DNA from: a virus
Length of the DNA: 64,000 bases
Reading direction: 5' to 3' (one strand)
IMG/VR virus record: IMGVR_UViG_3300042197_002243
Translations under genes and position numbers: made by a program
Notes under the pieces: generated by a model
What the model saw: only the letters and a program-made list of their open reading frames with translations
What the model was told of the DNA's origin: nothing
Databases searched by the model: none
Shown: positions 36,455 through 46,040 of the stretch, in pieces
Numbering within the stretch: the first letter of the stretch is position 1
How the letters are laid out: each line of letters opens with the position of its first letter

Positions 36455-36459
36455 AATAT

Positions 36460-36708
36460 TTAACGAACGTCAAATTCGAGTTTACGAACTTTACGCTGTC
36501 TCCTTGCCTCCTGAAAGGCAAGATCTTGGGATGAAAGAATACCAGATTGTTTTTTCTGGTTATGTGATTCTACCACAACTATTTGAGATAAGTCAATCGC
36601 AGAGATCTTGTCCTCTTTCACTGACATCTGATTTGGGCAACCGCAAACCTGTAGTTTGGATGTACCAATCAATTCTTTGTTGCAGCATTTGCATCTGACT
36701 ACTAACAT
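36460..36708 (-). CDS. Conserved cyanophage Cys-rich hypothetical protein
   Basis: C..C, CGCPN and C-terminal RRQRKVRKLEF motifs. Confidence 0.75.
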   Translation of the reverse strand: MLVVRCKCCNKELIGTSKLQVCGCPNQMSVKEDKISAIDLSQIVVVESHNQKKQSGILSSQDLAFQEARRQRKVRKLEFDVR

Positions 36709-36804
36709 GATCCAATTTACCTTTAATCTCTTCTAATTCTTCGTGAATATCTTGATGATGAAACCTCAAGGGTCCCTGAATAAGTTTACTAATAGTTTTC
36801 TTTT

Positions 36805-37242
36805 TCATTCTTTTAAAAAGGAACGTAACATCCAAACATTTTTACCATGTGCTTCCATTAAATCTTGAACTAGATTTGCTGTAGCATATTGTCTTTGTTT
36901 TTCCGACTCTTCTGAAATTTTAGCACACATTTCACAAAATGTCTTGTTATCAGCAAGCAATTGACTGACCATCGATTCTGCAGTTGATGAAGTTTTTGCC
37001 TCAGGAATTTCCGAAGTTTCAACAACCATACTAATTGGACCTATGGCTTTCATGCGAAGATAACGCATATGTTCTGTAAGGCGATCAATTTCCTCAAACA
37101 TTGTTTCATATTGCTTACCAAATATTTTATGTAGTTGATAGAAATCAGATCCCACCACGTTCCAATGATAAACCCAGGTTTTCTGAAATAAACAGAAAAG
37201 ACTTGTTTGTGCTTTATGAAGAAGTTCGTATAACTCGTCCAT
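36805..37242 (-). CDS. dps: Dps/ferritin-like protein
   Basis: YHWNVVG.DF.QLH..F..QY, D.L.E..R and H.K..WML motifs. Confidence 0.92.
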   Translation of the reverse strand: MDELYELLHKAQTSLFCLFQKTWVYHWNVVGSDFYQLHKIFGKQYETMFEEIDRLTEHMRYLRMKAIGPISMVVETSEIPEAKTSSTAESMVSQLLADNKTFCEMCAKISEESEKQRQYATANLVQDLMEAHGKNVWMLRSFLKE

Positions 37243-37265
37243 TATCTTTTTGAAGTATTTATAAG

Positions 37266-37338
37266 TGGGAGCAGAGGGATTCGAACCCCCGACATTCTGC
37301 GTGTAAAGCAGACGCTGCTACCGCTGAGCTATGCTCCC
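37266..37338 (-). tRNA. tRNA-Val(UAC)
   Basis: Cloverleaf; anticodon loop TTTACAC. Confidence 0.95.
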
Positions 37339-37749
37339 ATATTTTGGATGATTTCCATTTTTATATCTTCCACCTTTACTTTTATTTGGAGGTTGAGTTT
37401 TTAGAGAATGACAATTTGGACATAAAACTTGCAAATTGTCTGGCGAATGATTAAATGGATTATCATCAATATGATCAATTTCAAGTGGAACTTTTCCTGT
37501 ATGAATATTAGTTCCAAACCACCCACATTTAGAGCACTTATGTTGTGCTGCTTCCATGAGGTAATTTCTTACATATTGAGATAAATTGTAAGAAGAACCT
37601 CCTGAAACTAAACCTTGTTTCCATTCAGCAATATACTGATTTCTAAAATGTTCTTGTTGGCACTTATTATTACAATACTTACCTCTTTTATGGTAAGGAT
37701 TATATTCAAATACCTTAGAGCAATTTAGACAGATCGCAGTTTGTTTCAT
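37318..37749 (-). CDS. HNH endonuclease in the tRNA cluster
   Basis: CSKCG, LEIDHID.N..N..P.NLQVLCPNCH; 3' end runs into tRNA-Val. Confidence 0.9.
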   Translation of the reverse strand: MKQTAICLNCSKVFEYNPYHKRGKYCNNKCQQEHFRNQYIAEWKQGLVSGGSSYNLSQYVRNYLMEAAQHKCSKCGWFGTNIHTGKVPLEIDHIDDNPFNHSPDNLQVLCPNCHSLKTQPPNKSKGGRYKNGNHPKYGSIAQR

Positions 37750-37753
37750 ATAT

Positions 37754-37792
37754 TTGGTAGAATACTTTTTTATTTATAAGGTATTCTACCAA
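37754..37792 (-). promoter_or_regulatory. 12-bp inverted repeat with a late promoter in its loop
   Basis: TTGGTAGAATAC / GTATTCTACCAA enclosing TATAAATA (37771-37778), 4 nt from the HNH ATG. Confidence 0.8.
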
Positions 37793-37864
37793 CTCCCCCG
37801 GCAAGATTCGAACTTGCGACCCATTGATTAACAGTCAACTGCGCTACCGCTGCGCCACAGGGGA
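37793..37864 (-). tRNA. tRNA-Asn(GUU)
   Basis: Cloverleaf; anticodon loop CTGTTAA. Confidence 0.95.
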
Positions 37865-37871
37865 ATTTAGG

Positions 37872-37942
37872 AGCGGGTAACCGGGTTCGAACCGGTGATT
37901 CCAACTTGGAAGGATGGCGTGTTACCGCTACACCATACCCGC
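37872..37942 (-). tRNA. tRNA-Gly(UCC)
   Basis: Cloverleaf; anticodon loop CTTCCAA. Confidence 0.95.
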
Positions 37943-37952
37943 TTATGAGACA

Positions 37953-37981
37953 ATTATAGAGTAATTGAGTATAATTGTCAA
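37953..37981 (-). promoter_or_regulatory. Consensus sigma70 promoter for tRNA-Gly/Asn
   Basis: TTGACA-17bp-TATAAT. Confidence 0.85.
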
Positions 37982-38055
37982 CAGGTCCAGCAGGACTCGA
38001 ACCTGCGACACACAGCTTAGAAGGCTGTTGTTCTATCCATCTGAACTATGGACCC
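37982..38055 (-). tRNA. tRNA-Arg(UCU)
   Basis: Cloverleaf; anticodon loop CTTCTAA. Confidence 0.95.
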
Positions 38056-38074
38056 TAACGACTTTCTTATTATA

Positions 38075-38488
38075 CTAGTCCTTGGGGCAGTCGTCAACCC
38101 ATATAGAACAGATTCTCATTGGTGGTGCAAGTGCTTTACATTCATCAGTGTAACACACAGATTCATCATTTTTTTCTTCCACATATTTTTGTTTATATTT
38201 GCGAGCATAATCGGAAATAATCCGATCATACTCTGGTGTGACATCACGAATCGCTCTATCAACATCCCGCTTGATTCTACGTTCTACTTTGTCAGAATCT
38301 TGAATAAAAATCTCATTGAGAATAGTTTGCGGGAAATACTTTCTCTGAATCTCATCCAATAAGTCCCAAAGTCCATTTTCTGATGCTCCAGTACATTGTG
38401 AGAGTGTTGCAATTATACTTGATAACACTACACTAAGTATAAGTAATTGCTTTTTATCTGGTTTCTTTTTACCAAAATTGAAGTTCAT
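38075..38488 (-). CDS. Hypothetical membrane-anchored protein
   Basis: N-terminal TM segment; Cys-rich C-terminus (CYTDECK.L.PPMRIC). Confidence 0.7.
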   Translation of the reverse strand: MNFNFGKKKPDKKQLLILSVVLSSIIATLSQCTGASENGLWDLLDEIQRKYFPQTILNEIFIQDSDKVERRIKRDVDRAIRDVTPEYDRIISDYARKYKQKYVEEKNDESVCYTDECKALAPPMRICSIWVDDCPKD

Positions 38489-38681
38489 CTTCTAGACCTT
38501 CAAGATAAATTTTTAGAGCCTTTTCTAATTCTTCCTCAGTTAAATTTGGCTCGTAATGTAAGTATGTATCAAGAGTAATTTTACAACGAGTCTTAAGTTG
38601 ATTATCACTCGACCAACTTAAAAGTTTTGATACAACCTTTGCTGAGATTGACATAAGAAAGGGGAGAACCTGCCTCCCCAA
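38469..38681 (-). CDS. Hypothetical protein
   Basis: ORF between rlpA and the next gene; start uncertain. Confidence 0.5.
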   Translation of the reverse strand: MGRQVLPFLMSISAKVVSKLLSWSSDNQLKTRCKITLDTYLHYEPNLTEEELEKALKIYLEGLEDELQFW

Positions 38682-38695
38682 TATTTATTATTCAA

Positions 38696-39058
38696 TTAGA
38701 CTCGTGAATAACATACGTTAGCAACGCCTCGACCTGGGTGAGAAATGGAAGAGAATGCACCATAAGACAAGTCAAGATCTCGTCCGCCAACGTAAGGGCC
38801 ACGATCATTTACACGCACAATTACAGATTTGCCATTTGATTGATTCGTTACTCGCAATTTAGTACCAAAAGGCAACCATCGATGTGCTACTGATTTTCCA
38901 TAAGCATTGTATCTTTCTCCATTAGCAGTTGTCTGCCCATGATATCCGTCACCAATACCATAATGTGATGCGAGGGAACATCCGCTCGCTGCCTTTGCTT
39001 GAAGGGGTGCCAGTCCTGTAACAGCAAAAGCAAGAATTGAAAGTGTTTTAAAAAGCAT
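38696..39058 (-). CDS. rlpA: RlpA-like (double-psi beta-barrel) lytic transglycosylase
   Basis: Signal peptide; AS.YG, TANGERY, AHR.LPFGT and VRVNDRGPY..GR.LDLS motifs. Confidence 0.92.
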   Translation of the reverse strand: MLFKTLSILAFAVTGLAPLQAKAASGCSLASHYGIGDGYHGQTTANGERYNAYGKSVAHRWLPFGTKLRVTNQSNGKSVIVRVNDRGPYVGGRDLDLSYGAFSSISHPGRGVANVCYSRV

Positions 39059-39191
39059 TAAAATTGATAGAACTCTACATCCTAATAGAGAAAGCGCACT
39101 TCCCCTTTCTCAAGGGGCAATCTCCTAGGCTCTAATTGTCATTCACTGTCTCATTATGAGAAAACCCGTCGAATTTGACGGGTATAAAAAC

Positions 39192-39220
39192 ATTATAAGT
39201 GATTATTTATTATTTGTCAA
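39192..39220 (-). promoter_or_regulatory. Sigma70 promoter of rlpA, giving a long structured leader
   Basis: TTGACA-17bp-TATAAT. Confidence 0.8.
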
Positions 39221-39434
39221 GAATGTCAATCTCTTGATCCCCAAATCCAGGGTGTCGTTCAAGCACAAGACACTGTAGGTGGTTTGGGCCTTGAGGAAGA
39301 TGAATCCACTCAGCAAATTCTTCTGCGATTGCAACTGCATCAAATTGACTTTTCAGATCTCCTTCAGCAAGTTCATGAATGCGATCAATACTCCAATCAC
39401 GAACATATGCAACTGGTTCAATCGTCTTTTCCAT
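39210..39434 (-). CDS. Hypothetical protein
   Basis: VRDWSIDRI and A.AIAEEF.EWI; start at MEKT. Confidence 0.6.
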   Translation of the reverse strand: MEKTIEPVAYVRDWSIDRIHELAEGDLKSQFDAVAIAEEFAEWIHLPQGPNHLQCLVLERHPGFGDQEIDILDK

Positions 39435-39861
39435 AATAATCTTTTCGGAAGTATCTGCTGAGGATGTTGCTATTGTACCACGCTGGGCTTCCATCGTCAA
39501 GCGATTCTGTGAGTACATTGTTTGCAAATAACTGCCGCGTTTCTTCGAAGTTTGTTCTGCCGCCTGTTTTATGTACTGATAACATAGTTCGACTAAAATT
39601 TTCTCTGCCAAACTTGATAATGTCTTCTTTAAGTTCCGGACAAGACCCATAATACTTTTTCCAATCAGATTCAGATTTTACTTTTCGACTTTTGCCTTTT
39701 GGTTTTCGAAATGACCAGAAGTATTTTCTTCCAATATATTTTCTACCGTTTAATTTGTTTTCAATCAAATAAACGAATCCAAAGTTGTCACCAATATTGT
39801 CGGAAAGAAACACTTGCCCATTATAGTACCATGGGTTCTCATAGTCAATATCGGTACTCAT
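39418..39861 (-). CDS. GIY-YIG-family endonuclease (Seg-like)
   Basis: GFVYLI.N..NGRKYIGRK, SDWKKYYGS and YN.NI motifs. Confidence 0.8.
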   Translation of the reverse strand: MSTDIDYENPWYYNGQVFLSDNIGDNFGFVYLIENKLNGRKYIGRKYFWSFRKPKGKSRKVKSESDWKKYYGSCPELKEDIIKFGRENFSRTMLSVHKTGGRTNFEETRQLFANNVLTESLDDGSPAWYNSNILSRYFRKDYYGKDD

Positions 39862-40006
39862 CAATAATGTCAATAACTTGATTCAGATATTTATGGGCAA
39901 GTCCTTTCATGTCCATATCGTGTCTTATATGATCAAGATAAAGTTGATGTTTCAATTCTAACACACGAGTTTTTATTTCTTGTTTAGAAATCTGATTTCT
40001 AGGCAT
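39845..40006 (-). CDS. 53-aa hypothetical protein (MPRNQISKQEIKTRVLELK...)
   Basis: Open frame downstream of the nrdB terminator; absent from the ORF track. Confidence 0.6.
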   Translation of the reverse strand: MPRNQISKQEIKTRVLELKHQLYLDHIRHDMDMKGLAHKYLNQVIDIIDEYRY

Positions 40007-40056
40007 AAAAAAAGAGGAGACTATTGCTCCTCTATGTATAATGTTTTATTTAAATA

Positions 40057-41247
40057 TTACAATTTAAAACCACTAAATGCATCTTTTTTCATATCTTGTT
40101 TGATTCCACCAACTACATACGATTCTACCTCCGTTTCCTGGGGAGCTACCTGAAGTCCCTTAGAAGAAATCCAGTGCTGAGTCCATGGAAGTGGATTATT
40201 GTTTGCAGAAATATCGTATCGTGGTTTAAGACCAATCGCTTTTAATCGACGATTTGCAACCCATTCTACGTACTGTTGAAGAAGTTTATCGTTAAGTCCA
40301 ATCATGCTTCCATCTTTGAACAGATAGTCTGCCCAACGTTTTTCTTCATTTACTGCACGATCAAACATTGCATAAACCCACTCCTCTTCTTCTTTAGCGA
40401 TTTGCTTCATTTCTGGATCATCACCATCACGCCACTTGTTTAAGATGTTTTGCGTGATTGCTAGATGTTGGTTTTCGTCTCTTGCGATAAGAGAGATGAT
40501 CTTAGCGGATCCTTCCATAAGCTTAAGTTCACCAAAGGCGAAACTACAAGCAAAACTAACGTAGAACCGAATACCTTCAAGAATGTTAACGTTTGCGACT
40601 GCTCTGTACAACTTTCGTTTAACATCGTTGAGTGTTTCCTTAGCGTACGGTACTCCTTCAAGATTATGCATCCAAGCATTAGATGCACCATAACTTTGCG
40701 CGGAATTTATGAAATCATCATATGATTCCGTGACACTCGAAGATCTTTCCAAGATACGTTCATCTGTGATGATTGTATCAAATACTTCAGATGGATCCGA
40801 ATAAACATTCTTGATGATGTATGTGTATGAACGACTATGGATCATCTCCATAAATCCCCACACTTCCATACATGCTTCCAATTCAGGAAGTGAGCAATAA
40901 GGTAAGAATGCCATTCCTGGTCCACGGCCCTGAACACTGTCAAGCATGATTTGATACTTCAGATTAGAAGTATAGATATGCTTTTGCTCTGGGCGGAGTG
41001 TTTGATAATCTCCGCGATCTTTTTGAAGAGAAACTTCTTCTGGTCTCCAGAAGTATCCTAATTGTTGAGTTGTAAGTTTTTCAAAAATTGGATATTTGTA
41101 TGAATCATATCGTTGAATTCCAAGTGGTTTTCCGAAAAACATTGGTTGTTTTTTGGAATCAAAGTGATCAGTATTGAATACTGTCATTCCTTTGACTTGC
41201 ATTTGGTTTTCCTTGGTGGATGAAATTTTAAACTGCACAGGATTCAC
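40057..41247 (-). CDS. nrdB: Ribonucleotide reductase class Ia beta subunit
   Basis: FWRPEE, E.IHSRSY, LEGIRFYVSF, RDE..H and VAPQE.E motifs. Confidence 0.97.
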   Translation of the reverse strand: MNPVQFKISSTKENQMQVKGMTVFNTDHFDSKKQPMFFGKPLGIQRYDSYKYPIFEKLTTQQLGYFWRPEEVSLQKDRGDYQTLRPEQKHIYTSNLKYQIMLDSVQGRGPGMAFLPYCSLPELEACMEVWGFMEMIHSRSYTYIIKNVYSDPSEVFDTIITDERILERSSSVTESYDDFINSAQSYGASNAWMHNLEGVPYAKETLNDVKRKLYRAVANVNILEGIRFYVSFACSFAFGELKLMEGSAKIISLIARDENQHLAITQNILNKWRDGDDPEMKQIAKEEEEWVYAMFDRAVNEEKRWADYLFKDGSMIGLNDKLLQQYVEWVANRRLKAIGLKPRYDISANNNPLPWTQHWISSKGLQVAPQETEVESYVVGGIKQDMKKDAFSGFKL

Positions 41248-43528
41248 ACTCTCCTTCTTCAACTTTACTTAACTCATTAATTAGATCTTCAAGATTGGGT
41301 TTCTTGTCTTCAGTTACCTCATCAGTTTTTGCATCATACGTGTTTTGGTAATAAGAAGTTTTCCACCCGTACTTGTATGTAGTCAAAAAGTCATTTGCCA
41401 TGACCGAAACTGGGACTTCATTATCTGGATAATTTTCTGGATTGTAACTCCAGTTACCAGAAATTGCTTGATCAAAGAACTTTTGCATCATAGCAACAAT
41501 TTTAATGTATCCCTCATTACTCTTCATATCCCATAACAATGTGTAGTTGTTTTTCAATGATGTGTATTGTGGAACAACTTGCTTAAGAGGCCCTTTCTTT
41601 GATTTCTTAATGGACAAAAATCCCCGAGGGGGTTCAATTCCATTGGTTGCGTTTGACACAACGGAACTGCTCTCCGATGGCATCTGTGCGGACAGTGTTG
41701 AGTGCCTGAGGCCGTGCTCCAGGATAGATAGTCTAAGAGTTTCCCAATCATGTTGATACTTAGGGACAACGATTTCGTCTACTTCTTTTTTGTAAGTGTC
41801 AATGGGCAGTATGCCATCTGCATACTTGGTACGACCAAAGTTTTCGCAATAGCCTTTCTCCTTGGCGAGTTGATTTGATGCCTTCAGAAGAAAATATTGG
41901 AATGATTCAGAAAGTCCGTGAACGGCATTCCATGCTTCTTGAGAGTCATATTTAAATCCAAGTTTTGCCAAATAGTGTGCCAACCCAATAAACCCTATAC
42001 CTAACGACCGACGTGCCTTGGTGGCGATCTCCGCTGCCTTTACGGGATAGTTCTGATAGTCAATCAACTCGTCCAGAGAGCGAACAGAAAGGTCACAAAG
42101 GTCTTCAAGTTCTTCATCAGATTTTACCTTACCAACATTGATGGCCGAAAGAATGCACAAAGCAATTTCACCATGCTCTTCATCGATATGTTGAATTGGA
42201 TAAGTTGGTAAAGTAATTTCTTGACACAGATTGCTCATCTCAATTTTATCCTTAAAGGATGAGTGAGAATTGCAATGATCAAGATTCATAATGTAGATGC
42301 GACCCGTCTCAGCACGTTCTTTGAGAAGGTCAAGAATGAGTTCTTGTGCCTTAACAGTTTTTTTCTTAATGGACGGATCGTTTTCATATTGTACATAGAG
42401 ATCGTCAAAGCGATCTGATCCGAAAGCATCATAAAGTCCAGGTACATCGTGTGGGGAGAAAAGAGTGATCTCGCCATCTTGAATGAATCTTTCATAGAAT
42501 AACTTGCTAATCTGAATTGAGTAATCGAGTTTGCGAACACGATTATCTTCTGTACCTTTATTGTTTTTAAGAACAATAATATCTTCTATTTCTTGGTGCC
42601 AGATTGGAAAGTGGACAGTAGCACTTCCACCACGAATCCCGTTTTGTGTACAACATCTGACAGTTGCTTCAAACTTTTTGAGGAATGGGATAACACCTGT
42701 ATGCTGCACTTCTCCACCACGGATTTTGCTGTTGATGCCCCTGATGCGACCTGCGTTGATACCAATTCCCGCTCTTTGAGCAACATACCGACCAATTGCC
42801 ATATCAGAGCTGAAGATACTATCAAGGGTGTCATCAACGTCAATAAGAACGCAACTTGCAAATTGGCGAAGTGGGGTTCTAACACCTGCCATGATTGGCG
42901 TAGGAATGTTGATTTTGTGCTTGCTGATTGCGTCGTAGTATCGTTTGACATAAGACAGACGAGTCTCCTTTGGATATTCTGCAAAGATAGTCAATGCAAT
43001 CATGATATACATGAATTGTGGGGTTTCATAAACTCCACCAGTACTGCGATCTTGTACGAGATACTTATCCACAACTTGGCGAAGGCCTGCATAGGTAAAG
43101 TTAAAATCTCGTTCATGATCAATAAAACTATTTACTTTATCAATATCCTCTTGAGAATATTTTGTGTAAATGTCGTGATCATAAACTTCTGCGGAAACGC
43201 AATCGACAATATGCTGCTCAAGATGAGGAAGTTCTCTCATCTTACCATAAAGATTTTTACGCAGAGAAAACATGAGCAATCTTGCTGCGACATATTGATA
43301 GTTTGGATGATCCAAATCAATCAAATCCGAAGCAGAACGAATCAAAATTTCTTGAATTTCTCCAGTGGTGATGCCGTCATAAAACTGGATTCCAGATTGC
43401 ATTTCAACTTGACTCGCAGAGACCCCTTTAAGACCCCTACATGCCTCTTCAACCATGATGTGCATCTTATCCAAGTCAAGAGATTCAATTCCACCATTTC
43501 TCTTGACAACTTTTGTTCCGTTACTCAT
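41228..43528 (-). CDS. nrdA: Ribonucleotide reductase class Ia alpha subunit
   Basis: ATP cone, QFASCVL, SNLCQEI, TSYY and C-terminal CESC. Confidence 0.98.
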   Translation of the reverse strand: MSNGTKVVKRNGGIESLDLDKMHIMVEEACRGLKGVSASQVEMQSGIQFYDGITTGEIQEILIRSASDLIDLDHPNYQYVAARLLMFSLRKNLYGKMRELPHLEQHIVDCVSAEVYDHDIYTKYSQEDIDKVNSFIDHERDFNFTYAGLRQVVDKYLVQDRSTGGVYETPQFMYIMIALTIFAEYPKETRLSYVKRYYDAISKHKINIPTPIMAGVRTPLRQFASCVLIDVDDTLDSIFSSDMAIGRYVAQRAGIGINAGRIRGINSKIRGGEVQHTGVIPFLKKFEATVRCCTQNGIRGGSATVHFPIWHQEIEDIIVLKNNKGTEDNRVRKLDYSIQISKLFYERFIQDGEITLFSPHDVPGLYDAFGSDRFDDLYVQYENDPSIKKKTVKAQELILDLLKERAETGRIYIMNLDHCNSHSSFKDKIEMSNLCQEITLPTYPIQHIDEEHGEIALCILSAINVGKVKSDEELEDLCDLSVRSLDELIDYQNYPVKAAEIATKARRSLGIGFIGLAHYLAKLGFKYDSQEAWNAVHGLSESFQYFLLKASNQLAKEKGYCENFGRTKYADGILPIDTYKKEVDEIVVPKYQHDWETLRLSILEHGLRHSTLSAQMPSESSSVVSNATNGIEPPRGFLSIKKSKKGPLKQVVPQYTSLKNNYTLLWDMKSNEGYIKIVAMMQKFFDQAISGNWSYNPENYPDNEVPVSVMANDFLTTYKYGWKTSYYQNTYDAKTDEVTEDKKPNLEDLINELSKVEEGECESCAV

Positions 43529-44493
43529 ATTTTTTTCCAAGTAGTAAACTTTAATTTTGCTTCTAATCCACTATAAGTATTTGATTCTATCACAGACTGA
43601 ACATTAAGTCCAGACAAAACCATATCATTAATATCTTTTTGAGTTATGCCAGATGGCCAGATGACGATTCTTTCCCCCCTATGAATAACTTTGGAGATGC
43701 GGGAATGTATTTCTGCATTTCGTGGTTCGTTATCATAGATCCACACAGGATTGCTAATCCCCCACTTATTAAGATCACCATCAGCTCCACACAGAGCAAT
43801 CGAATTTGAAATGAATGTTGAGTCAAATGGTCCTTCTGTAACATAAACTGTTTTTTCTTTGTTGAGATCATCAAGTCCATAAATCTTTGGTGCATCATCA
43901 AAAAGCATGACAGTGATATATTTATTGGGAGATGGACCCAATGCTCTTCCCTGAAAACCGATTAGGTCTTTCTGATAATACAAAGGAATTATGATGCGAG
44001 ACTCTTCGTAATCTGTGTTTGCAAATGTTGGCTTAAGCGAGTTAGCAAACTCTTTAAACTTTTCTGCATAATAAAACTTCGTTGGGTCGAGTTTACGTTT
44101 CTCAAGATAGGTTCTACCACGCTCCACTTCAGAACATAAAGGGAGAACAACCTTGGTTTTAAATACAGGTTTCTCAAAAACGAAATCGGGTTCATCGGTA
44201 ATGAAGTTTCTTCCAGTATGTCCCTCTTTAAACTTTTCAAATGTATATTGTTTGTATATTGCAGGATCTACTTGCTTCAAAAAATTATTGAACGAAATAT
44301 TAACTCCACAGTTATGACACTTGAAGTTTGTATTATTTTTTACTTGATACAGATATCCTCTGGATTTACTCTTGTTCTTTTTTGAGTCTCCACAGATTGG
44401 ACATCTAAAATTATAAAGATTATTTTTTATTCTTTTAAAATTTAACAGTCTTGCAGAAATCAAATTGATGTATTTAACATCAACATAATCCAT
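43525..44493 (-). CDS. gp61: DNA primase
   Basis: RCPICGDS, CHNCG, EGPFDS, DNEPRN and KDINDM motifs. Confidence 0.95.
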   Translation of the reverse strand: MDYVDVKYINLISARLLNFKRIKNNLYNFRCPICGDSKKNKSKSRGYLYQVKNNTNFKCHNCGVNISFNNFLKQVDPAIYKQYTFEKFKEGHTGRNFITDEPDFVFEKPVFKTKVVLPLCSEVERGRTYLEKRKLDPTKFYYAEKFKEFANSLKPTFANTDYEESRIIIPLYYQKDLIGFQGRALGPSPNKYITVMLFDDAPKIYGLDDLNKEKTVYVTEGPFDSTFISNSIALCGADGDLNKWGISNPVWIYDNEPRNAEIHSRISKVIHRGERIVIWPSGITQKDINDMVLSGLNVQSVIESNTYSGLEAKLKFTTWKKI

Positions 44494-44501
44494 AATCAAA
44501 T

Positions 44502-44876
44502 TCAATAATTTCGCTGCTGTATTATAGTACTTTCGCTGCCAGGTGTCAAGACTTCAATAACATTCGTATTCATCAAAAATGTCAGGCAAGCGATTGCTCC
44601 GATAGCCATCCACACACGCTTTTCTATTGCCTGTACTCTTGACACAATACTGTCATAATCGCTGTCAACCTTATCACGGAGTTTGTCAACTTTTGCAAAG
44701 AGTATAGTGTCAGTTTCTTCTTGCTTGGTGATTCGTTCTTCATGTACTGCGAGCATCTTACTCACATTACTATTTACTTCACTAAGTTTTTCGATAGCAT
44801 TATCAATCTTGACAATGATATCTTTTAAATCTTCCAGTTTTTGTTCTAGAATGGCGACTCTAATTTCTTCGGCCAT
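44502..44876 (-). CDS. Coiled-coil protein with C-terminal TM segment
   Basis: MLAVHEERI motif; hydrophobic WMAIGAIACLTFLM. Confidence 0.7.
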   Translation of the reverse strand: MAEEIRVAILEQKLEDLKDIIVKIDNAIEKLSEVNSNVSKMLAVHEERITKQEETDTILFAKVDKLRDKVDSDYDSIVSRVQAIEKRVWMAIGAIACLTFLMNTNVIEVLTPGSESTIIQQRNY

Positions 44877-44929
44877 GATGAGAATTTTTTACTCCGTTAT
44901 CTCAACGAATGGCATAGTGTTGGTCATTT

Positions 44930-45133
44930 TTATTTATCAGTTTTCCACCTTTTACGGGAACCTGGAGGTAACTTAATTTGTGGTCCCTTTCTTCTTTTCA
45001 ATCCCATAACAGGATCAAATCCAGCGGTTGGCCCTTTTGGATCTGAAGAACCACTAAACCCACCAGAACCTCCTGGAGCATTTGCTACCATTTGTTCCCT
45101 TATCATTTGAATAATTCTTTCAAGATTGGCCAT
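44930..45133 (-). CDS. Hypothetical protein
   Basis: IRE.M, GP.AGFDP and GSRKRW. Confidence 0.65.
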   Translation of the reverse strand: MANLERIIQMIREQMVANAPGGSGGFSGSSDPKGPTAGFDPVMGLKRRKGPQIKLPPGSRKRWKTDK

Positions 45134-45509
45134 TTTTACAAATGTTCTGAAGTTCTGATAGGCAGTTTATATCAACAGAAACATCATGAATATAACATCT
45201 TGGAGTCTCTGGCAATTTGTTTAAAAATAAAACAAATGTTTTTACTGTTGACCAAAGATCCTTTTCAATCTTATAAAATAGCATTGGAGTGGCAGCATCA
45301 CTAAAAATATTATAAAGAATGATAAAGTGATTCAAAAGCAAATGTGCTTTCAATTCTCCAGTGTTCTTATACTTTTTAAGCAAACGCTTAATGTATTTGA
45401 AATGCTGTAGATCTTTATCAAAATCTTCTTTGGTTACTGCCTGAGGATTTTCATAATGTTTGATGGCGAATAAAAGAAAATTTTCCTCATTCAATTCATT
45501 AAAAATCAT
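45120..45509 (-). CDS. Conserved T4-like hypothetical protein
   Basis: FAIKHY.NP, F..DL..FKYIKRL and LNH.I.LYN.F motifs. Confidence 0.8.
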   Translation of the reverse strand: MIFNELNEENFLLFAIKHYENPQAVTKEDFDKDLQHFKYIKRLLKKYKNTGELKAHLLLNHFIILYNIFSDAATPMLFYKIEKDLWSTVKTFVLFLNKLPETPRCYIHDVSVDINCLSELQNICKNGQS

Positions 45510-45515
45510 ATATTA

Positions 45516-46040
45516 TCAAGCAACTGTTGGATCGCCGTCGTAAATTGGAAGATTGCCAGTTGTGATACCGGACATTGCAACCAAAGTTTCAGACTTAACT
45601 CTCAGATTGCCATGAGTATCAACATAGGTTGTAACACCAACCCAACCTTCATGTGTCAGTGCATATGAAGTTCCTTGCGCTGCGGCAATTCCACCATCAG
45701 CGACACCATAGATATGTGGTTCATAACCTGTATTGGTTTCACTCCAGCGGCTATCAAGAACAGTATACTTAGGAAGTTCGCTGATCTGGAAATCGGTAGC
45801 AGCAACTGCAACACCACTTAAACCAGCAGTTGATGCAATAGAGAGTTGTGTGGTACTAGCAATACCAACAATTACAGCGTTTCCAATTTCTCCCTGTGGA
45901 CCAAAACGAATTACATCACCAGTGGCAGCTGCGCCAACTTGACCGAAGGTTGTGCCACTACCAGTTACAATAAGAGTAGTATAGTCAAGGGATACGGTTC
46001 CACCAGATCCTTTTGCGTCATTATTTCCCCAGAGTGCCAT
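45516..46040 (-). CDS. Probable virion structural protein
   Basis: MALWG N-terminus; H.GWVG and RVKSETLVAMS; TATAAATA late promoter upstream. Confidence 0.7.
   Translation of the reverse strand: MALWGNNDAKGSGGTVSLDYTTLIVTGSGTTFGQVGAAATGDVIRFGPQGEIGNAVIVGIASTTQLSIASTAGLSGVAVAATDFQISELPKYTVLDSRWSETNTGYEPHIYGVADGGIAAAQGTSYALTHEGWVGVTTYVDTHGNLRVKSETLVAMSGITTGNLPIYDGDPTVA

Noticed and set aside
42593-43576. 327-aa plus-strand ORF antisense to nrdA, and similar antisense ORFs over psbA, psbD, the porin and cobS
   Set aside because: Shadow ORFs expected from biased codon usage on the coding strand; no motifs, SD or promoter.
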